Positions 55,190-64,000 of a stretch of DNA of 64,000 bases are shown here, piece by piece (positions within the stretch are counted from its first letter, which is position 1; every line of letters starts with the position of its first letter). The notes beneath the pieces were generated by a model, which was not told the DNA's origin, made no database searches, and worked only from the letters and a program-made list of their open reading frames with translations. The position numbers and the translations under genes are program-made. The stretch is from contig OZ024750.1 of NCBI GenBank assembly GCA_964016885.1, forward strand, positions 1,178,001 through 1,242,000. Reading direction: 5' to 3'. The stretch is from Eledone cirrhosa (Eukaryota).

Positions 55190-55917
55190 TGGTAGAGAGA
55201 AAGAGAGAAATAGTCAGACATATACACACCTAAATATTCTAGCTAATATTTAATGGTTTAAAAAATCTTCCTAACAATACCTTTACTTGAGTAACAACAA
55301 GATGTGAAGTTTATTTACCTGTTGATCACATATCTAAACAATTAACAATTACGTAATTATCGCAGGTTTTAATTATAGTAATTTCATTCATACTCATGTA
55401 TGCATGAAATTGTGACCAAGATGTAATTACAGAATTAAACCATGAGAAGTAGAGTTATACTAGATATTAAGACTTTGTACGCATGTCACATGTTTTAGTC
55501 AATAGCAATCAAGATCTAGGGTTGGTAATGTCAAGCAATGGTTTGATACTGCTCTGTAGAGCCGCAGTCAAGCCGACATAAGCAATTAGAAGTAATTTAC
55601 ATAATTCATTAAATAATTATACTGTGGTTGCTTTCTGTTATCAGCAAGGCTGAACTAGACGTATGACAATCCCATATTTTCTGAGTTATTGTCATACTAC
55701 ATATTTCAATAGATCCATCCTTGTATTAATTAAGGCAAGGTGTAATTTATTAGAGAGAGAAAGAGAAAGAGATGGAGTGAGAGGGAGAGCTAGAGAGAGG
55801 GAAGGAGGGAGGGAGGGAGAGAGAGAGTAAGGTTCTTCGAATATAAGCCGAAACAGCTTTGCTTGCGTCGCGGTCGGGATTATAGCTTTCTCTGCGTCTT
55901 GTAATCTATGTATTTCA

Positions 55918-56104
55918 TGGATTGGCAGTATCAATAGAGGGTCGGACGCCATGCTTTGCAGCAAAGAGTTACGGCCCTTTATGGTCTGAGTTCAAATCCC
56001 GCCGAGGTTAACTTTGACTTTCATCTTTACGGGGTCGATAAAATAAAGTATCAGTAATATACTGGAATAATTGCTGGCCTTGTGCCAAAAGTAAAAACAA
56101 TTAT
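55918..56104 (+). mobile_element. SINE family 1, near full length
   Basis: A-box, B-box, body and tail present. Confidence 0.92.
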
Positions 56105-57209
56105 AATTAATCATTAAACATGTGGGAGATGAGTTTAATGGAGTAAATGAGTTGCAATACATTGATGATTTCTTATCCCGGGAAGAGGAAACCTATTTTT
56201 CTGATTTCTCGTCATTTTAATCTAACCGAATACACAACTGCTATTTATTTTATGGAATGTTGTACGATAAAAGCCAATGTCAACTGTAGCAACATATAAA
56301 CTCAGATAGTAAAGGGTTGTAAATAAATACTGCAATAGTGTGATGTATTACCTTTAAAGGTACTCCTTTATCTTCTATTCCACCGCTCTCTATTTCCACA
56401 GAAATTATCTAATTAATATTGAAAGGATGAAAAGCTAGTCGATCCTATCAGGTTCTGAAATGAAAACAATTGTTCACCATCAGCACCCCAAGGACAATCT
56501 TCTGTTTAATTTAGATTTATATCCCTTGAAAGTCTTTTAACCATATTAGATTTATACTAATGAAGTATATTCTAGCATGGTATTCTTGTATTTCAAATAG
56601 ATTCACTACTTTCCTTTTTAGATGTTCGGTGCGATGTTGGAACAATACAAATCATTACTGAATATGAAACACATAAGCTAACAACATAATATATATTTCC
56701 ACGGGAAATATCGCTATGACATCTAGCCACGCGTTCTCAACAAATAACTTCACATCAAAGAATTTTTCAAATAAGAGATGTTGAATTAGTATGTATATTG
56801 ATTATTTTTTTACGTACTTGAATCTATCTACTAGATTGCAGTACTATAAATAAGTAGTCACTCTTACGTTAGTGTTATGGAGACTAAGAAGCTGAAATAT
56901 CACACGTATAGGTGTGAGTGGACTATTCAGTAATTTCACCTTTAAGTTATAAGGAGAAACGATTAGATGGTACATACACATGTAAAAACATACATATATA
57001 CATTCATACGTTCATATTTACATAGGCATACACCATTAATATCTGTATAGATATATATATGTAAATGTCTCTCTCTATATATATATGTATATATGTATAT
57101 ATATATATTATATTAATACATCTATCTATCTATCTTCTATATATATAGAGAGAGAGAGGAGAGAGAGAGAGAGAAAGGGAGACAGAGGGAGAGAGAGGGG
57201 GAGAGAGGG

Positions 57210-57241
<32 letters not shown>

Positions 57242-57277
57242 TGTGTATATCAGGGGCGGTGGAAGCATTTCTGAATA

Positions 57278-57318
<41 letters not shown>

Positions 57319-57365
57319 TGCACAGATAAATATTGAATAACGTAAGCAGTGTTCAATGGGTAGAG

Positions 57366-57448
<83 letters not shown>

Positions 57449-57479
57449 CACAATATGTTTGAAGAATAATAATATTACT

Positions 57480-57912
57480 ACGGAAAAATATATTTGAAGG
57501 CAAACCAAATTTTTACTTACATTATAATTAGTAAATCCAATCATAATATCTGATACTGTAGTTTCAGACGACAAAGAGCAATACTAATTACTATAATTAA
57601 ATTGGTTAATCAGTAAATTAAGACAAATTATTATCATCAGTAAGCATTGTCTTATAGATTGACCTTTAAAAGAGAATTGGAATTAGTTGACTTCTGTTGG
57701 TATCAAAGCTAAAAGGATAACTTCACAGCCAAAAACGCACGATTTAATAAAAAAACAATGATGATTTGTATTAATTTACTGATTAGATGTTTTAATTATG
57801 GTAATTATTATTTTCTTTTGTCATCTGAAACCGCGGTATAAGCTCTTATGATTAGATTTAGTAATTATAATGTAAGAAAAAAATTGCGTTTACGTCCAAA
57901 TGCATTTTTACG
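57480..57912. mobile_element. Old fold-back/MITE-like element with ~140-bp imperfect inverted arms
   Basis: CTTACATTATAATTAGTAAATC / GATTTAGTAATTATAATGTAAG, GTTTCAGACGACAAA / TTTGTCATCTGAAAC and TAATCAGTAAATTA / TAATTTACTGATTA pair in nested order. Confidence 0.75.
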
Positions 57913-57934
57913 ACTATACTTTACTAACTATATA

Positions 57935-58056
57935 TGAAGGTGCATGGCTGAGTGATTAGAGAATTGGATTCGCAATCATGAGGTTGTGATTTCGATTCTC
58001 GGACTGAACGATGCGTTATGTCCTTGAGCAAGACACTTTATTTCACGTTGCCCCCA
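57935..58056 (+). mobile_element. tRNA-derived SINE family 2 (head plus TCCTTGAGCAAGACAC central motif)
   Basis: TGGCTGAGTG A-box-like and TTCGATTC B-box-like motifs. An inverted copy lies at 58977-59093. Confidence 0.8.
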
Positions 58057-58976
58057 CTGCCTGGATTTGCTACCGACAGATAGTATTAACAACTGGAAAG
58101 ACCAATAGAAACATTATTTCCTTGGTCCAATTTGACGCGCCCCACTCCCCTCGTTAATGAAGTCTGAGATCTTGTCGACACCTTAATAATATTGTGCAAA
58201 TGATGCTCTGAAAATTTGGTCTTTAACCCTTAATGTTTATTGAGCTTCTTATGGCATACATGGATTGAGATAATTTATTTTCTGACACACACACACACAC
58301 ACACAAACACACACATACATATATATTTAATGAAATTCTAACAAGGCATGGCAATAACGAATAACATATAACAACCCACGTGTAAATGAATGAAGAATCT
58401 CCATAACCACATCAACAATTTCATAAAAATCACTCTCCACTAATTACAACCAAATCACAGCAGATGAACTTTTAAACCTCGAATCAATAAAATAATCGTT
58501 ATTTAATTCAATCTACAATACAATAGCCATTACATGGCAACCTATAAACCAATACTCATTATTTAATCCTAGCCTCCAGTGGTTTAAACATTTCTCCTTG
58601 CGTCTTAAAGCTAACTAACGTCACAAACTGACCGGTTGCTGCCAGTTGTATGTTTTCTTAATGTCGTCTGTAAGGAAAGTATTAAGCTTCTTCATTAATT
58701 TATCACGTTTACATTGGAAATAGTTTAAAAGTTCAATTACTATTTCTCCCCTCTTTAATGTAACAATTTGCCAAATGTATCACACCCAAGTCTTGCAAGA
58801 GATTACAAACGAGCAATACTTGTCGTTCTTATAATCCAATATTCAAAGACACACACACACACACATTTGTTTTCAGGAACGATCGACTTTCATCAAACCG
58901 GACCAAGAAAACAATGTTTCCATTGGTTTTTCCAATTGCTAATACTATCTGTCGGCCGCAACTCCAGGTAGAAGGT

Positions 58977-59093
58977 GCAACGTGAAATAAAGAGTCTTGC
59001 TCAAGGACATGACGCATCGCCTGGTCCAGGAATCGAACTCACAACCTCATGATTGCGAATCCAATTCTCTAACCACTAGGCTACATGCCTTCA
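58977..59093 (-). mobile_element. tRNA-derived SINE family 2
   Basis: GGAATCGAACTC is the reverse complement of the B-box. Colinear with 57935-58056. Confidence 0.85.
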
Positions 59094-59262
59094 CATACAC
59101 ACACATATCTTTATAAGCAACTGGCCAGTAAAATATTTAAAGGGCACAATCCACATATAGAACGTTATATTCAGACCTGCTTCAAATTTACAGAAACACG
59201 GTTGTGTCCCAGTATAATTACAGAAATATTATATATTAAAATATGTTGTTTAGCATAAAAAT

Positions 59263-59389
<127 letters not shown>

Positions 59390-59689
59390 TGAAACTGTAG
59401 GAATATTGGAAAATATGACTATTCATCAATTTAATAGCCAACGGAATTCTAGCAAAGGGCTCAGAGGTATCAGCTACCGTATAGTTATATATGTAAGAAT
59501 AAACATCAATGTAGATATAAAACCAAGAGACTTCACTCCTATTAATCAATAACTAACTGGACACACATAAAGATAACCAATGTTCTTATAGACATGAACA
59601 CAAGTTATAAAATGTCTAATCAGAGACTCTTTTATTACCACACAAAACACAACTACGTTATACACATATATATACATACACACACACAC

Positions 59690-59728
<39 letters not shown>

Positions 59729-59805
59729 CACATATATATATATATATATACATATATACAGACTTAGTCTTCAAATTTATTATTATTACTATATATATAT
59801 ATATA

Positions 59806-59891
59806 GTAAACAAATATTATTGCTTGATGATGTTTGTTTTTGAAATGCGCATAATAAAATATATGGAACTCCTTTAACCATCTTTTGATCT

Positions 59892-59900
<9 letters not shown>
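59806..59900 (+). mobile_element. 5'-truncated HHR-bearing element, same family as 63840-63934
   Basis: TGTTTTT-GAAA-T-GCGC-A-TA-ATAAAATA plus tail TGGAACTC...CATCTTTTGATCTTATATTA. CTGATGA is lost. (TA)n on both sides. Confidence 0.75.
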
Positions 59901-59938
<38 letters not shown>

Positions 59939-60460
59939 TATATGTAGTTTAAAATAAATGTTAGTTGATAACGAATAGTCATATAATTTAGTAAGCAAAA
60001 TTCTAGAAAAATATAACAAATTTATCACCATTTATGCAACAGACAGAACACCAAAGTCGAAATTACCTTACATTAAATAAATTATATAAACAAAATCCAC
60101 CCAGACTATATATTAATTGAATAAAGCATAAAGAAAATCTCACTAAAGGGAAAAGAAGAACATTAGACAAGATCATAAATTAGCAATAATACTTTAGTAT
60201 AAACTCACAGAAATGAAAAGTCTTTCTAACAATAATGAATATTCGACATCCTAGGAATATACTTGAGACAACAAATGTATACTTTATCTCTCTGTTACAT
60301 TAGTCTTGTTACAGCATTTGTTACAACACAGTAAAATAACTGTAAAATGATGTTAATATATCACTTCTTGACAGCTGACCAGGCATGTACGGCCAGGAAA
60401 CATCGTAAAACACTACATTGTACACTACAATACTAAAACTAAATAGAAAGTCAGTTGATA

Positions 60461-60594
60461 AGAGCTACGGCCCTTGCCATTCTGAGTTCAAATCCCGCCG
60501 AGGTTAACATTGCCTTTCATCCTTACGGGGGTCGATAAAATAAAGTACCAGTAATACACTGGGTAATTGCTGACCTTGTGCCAAAAGTAGAAAC

Positions 60595-60600
<6 letters not shown>
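60461..60600 (+). mobile_element. SINE family 1, 5'-truncated
   Basis: B-box, body and tail running into (TA)n. Confidence 0.9.
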
Positions 60601-60673
<73 letters not shown>

Positions 60674-61254
60674 AACACACACACATGTATATATATACAA
60701 ATATATATACATATAAACACACTCACACTCACACACACACGCACAAAATATGTAAATTAGATGTATATATACATAATATATACATATATATATATACACC
60801 TGCGTATTGTAATTCAATGTCTGCGACAATTTACAAACACGAATCAACTAGAACGCAATGCTTATGCTCTCGGCTCTTGCAATGCTTGTGTGTATATGTG
60901 TATGTATGTGTATGTGTGTACACTTTCACGCCTGTTTATGCTTATATATGTTATACACGGTATGTAGTGAAGACAGAGAAAAGGGCAACTCATTACAACA
61001 TTACACGGTAAATGTAAAGACGGAAAATGAGCGGCAAAAGTAATTGAAAATATCACAGTAAAAGAAAACGTTGTCGTACGAAAGAAGCTGCTTCAAGCAT
61101 TTATATTGATAATGATTGATAGAAAATAATTTCCGTACTTCTGGAACGCTAAACAATTTAAACCGTGATCAACAGAGCGAAGTATTTTGTTGGATGGCGT
61201 TTCCTTGAATCATGTTGTCAAACACTTCCACTACAACTAATACTTGCATCTAAT

Positions 61255-61935
61255 CCATTACAAACACCACCACCACCACCACTGCCAACAGCACTAACAC
61301 CTCCACCACAATCACCACCACCACCACTACCACTACCTCCACCACCACCAACAGCACTAACACCTTCACCACAATCACCACCACCACCACCACCAACACC
61401 ACCACCATCAGCACTACCACTGCCTCCAGCACCACCACTGCCAACAGCACTAACACCTCCACCACAATCACCACCACCACCACCACCAACACCACCACCA
61501 TCAGCACTACCACTGCCTCCAGCACCACCACTGCCAACAGCACTAACACCTCCACCACAATCACCACCACCACCACCAACACCACCACCATCAGCACTAC
61601 CACTGCCTCCAGCACCACCACTGCCAAAAGCAATAACACCTCCACCACAATCACCACCAACACCACCACCATCAGCACTACCTCCACCACCACCAACAGC
61701 ACTAACACCTCCACCACAACCACCATCAACACCACCATCAGCACTACCACTACCACCACCACTATCAACAGCGCCATCGCCTCCACCACGACCACCACCA
61801 CCACTACCAACAGCACCACCACCATCAGCACTACCACCACTATCAACAGCGCCATCGCCTCCACCACGACCAATACCACCACCACCACCACCAGCAGCAC
61901 TACCTCCACTATGACCCTCACCACCACCACCGTCA
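61255..61935. repeat. Cryptic (CCA)n-derived trinucleotide satellite with ~80-bp higher-order units
   Basis: Recurring GCACTAACACCTCCACCACAATCACC. Open in several frames on both strands. Confidence 0.9.
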
Positions 61936-62151
61936 CTGTGGCCGCCTTCAAGGAAATGCAATAAAAGTAATCCAAACTGTGGAATTAATTTTATTAGAGA
62001 AGGAAAAGTTGTAAGGATTCCGGCAAAGCTGGTCGGAGTCAGATACAATATTTTAATGGTAAACAGGACTTTTCTTGGATGCCTCACATATATCCGACAT
62101 TGGAGCCTTTTGTAGTATCAACAAGTTAACTCCTGCATATATATATAATGT

Positions 62152-62198
62152 AAAGAGTCGGAACCCCAACGGCTGAGCTCTTGCTGTTTCAACAGCTA
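62152..62198 (-). mobile_element. Family A fragment
   Basis: AAAGAGTCGGAACCCCAACGGCTGAGCTC...GTTTCAACAGCTA. Confidence 0.65.
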
Positions 62199-62405
62199 TA
62201 GTACTCTAATGAGTAATGGTCTAACTAGTTTCTAAATGAATCCAGCCTGATATATATATAATATATATACATATATCATATATATATATATGTATATATA
62301 TATGTATATATATGTATATATATATGTATATATATGTATATATATATATGTATATGTATATATATGTATAGATATATATGTATATGTATATATATGTATA
62401 TATAT

Positions 62406-62457
<52 letters not shown>

Positions 62458-62459
62458 GT

Positions 62460-62620
62460 CTCTCCACCACTCCCCTACTCTGTTCCCACACACTTCTCAC
62501 CTGAGGAAGGGCTTATGCCCGAAACGTCGTTCCCCACCACCACCCCACTCTCCAGAGCGTGAAATTAATAAACATTCGTTGTACTGCCTCTCTGTTTTGT
62601 TCCTGTTCAAATGTTTCCAT
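62460..62620 (+). mobile_element. Penelope-like pLTR remnant with a hammerhead core and AATAAA
   Basis: CTGAGGA-A-GGGC-ttat-GCCC-GAAA-C-gtc-GTT at 62501-62531 and AATAAA at 62567. Stem I does not pair. TA-rich tracts on both sides. Confidence 0.65.
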
Positions 62621-62636
62621 TATATGTATATATATG

Positions 62637-62669
<33 letters not shown>

Positions 62670-62700
62670 GTGTATATATATATATATATGTATATATATG

Positions 62701-62759
<59 letters not shown>

Positions 62760-62764
62760 GTATA

Positions 62765-62983
<219 letters not shown>

Positions 62984-63006
62984 GTATATATATGTATATA
63001 TATATA

Positions 63007-63748
<742 letters not shown>

Positions 63749-63800
63749 TATATGTACATATATATGTATATATATATGTATATATATATATATGTATATA

Positions 63801-63843
<43 letters not shown>

Positions 63844-63873
63844 AGATCAAAAGATGTTTAAATGAGTTCCATG

Positions 63874-63934
63874 TATTTTATTATGCGCATTTCAAAAACA
63901 TGCAATAACATTTGTGTTTTCATCAGATAAAATA
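63874..63934 (-). ncRNA. Minimal type I hammerhead with a palindromic GCGC loop 3
   Basis: Minus strand reads TATTTTAT-CTGATGA-AAACA...TGTTTTT-GAAA-T-GCGC-A-TA-ATAAAATA: 8-bp stem I, with stem II offset by two extra U. Confidence 0.75.
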
Positions 63935-64000
63935 GGAGGACATGATATGAAGGTTAAAAAACACTTGTGGATAGTGCAGTTTTAAATCAACATGGAACTC

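Noticed and set aside
61165-62087. Pro-rich, Gly-rich, Val-rich and (unlisted) Thr-rich mucin-like frames
   Set aside because: All arise from one (CCA)n-derived repeat open in many frames. There is no convincing start, splice acceptor or domain.

Overview
Very AT-rich eukaryotic DNA dense in microsatellites and interspersed repeats, with no supportable host protein-coding gene; almost all listed ORFs are translations of (TA)n/(CA)n/(GA)n or trinucleotide repeats. The SINE families and microsatellite load resemble an octopod cephalopod genome (inference from recalled repeat sequences, not checked). The window holds many tRNA-derived SINEs, TA-flanked Tc1/mariner-pogo MITEs, LINE remnants (an APE endonuclease and an RTE-type RT C-terminus), 52-, 93-, 25- and 17-bp minisatellites, and two copies of a ~610-bp repeat. 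The main unexplained signal is a set of about a dozen complete, point-mutated or half type I hammerhead ribozyme (HHR) motifs from several unrelated sequence families. Most sit in 100-500 bp islands between (TA)n tracts, and several are tandem or fold-back duplicated. They include a 466-bp tandem array with one apparently obligate-dimer HHR per unit, and a 250-bp palindrome with an HHR on each strand. This fits Penelope-like pseudo-LTR / retrozyme-type non-autonomous elements. All folds were read by eye; no activity or database match is demonstrated.
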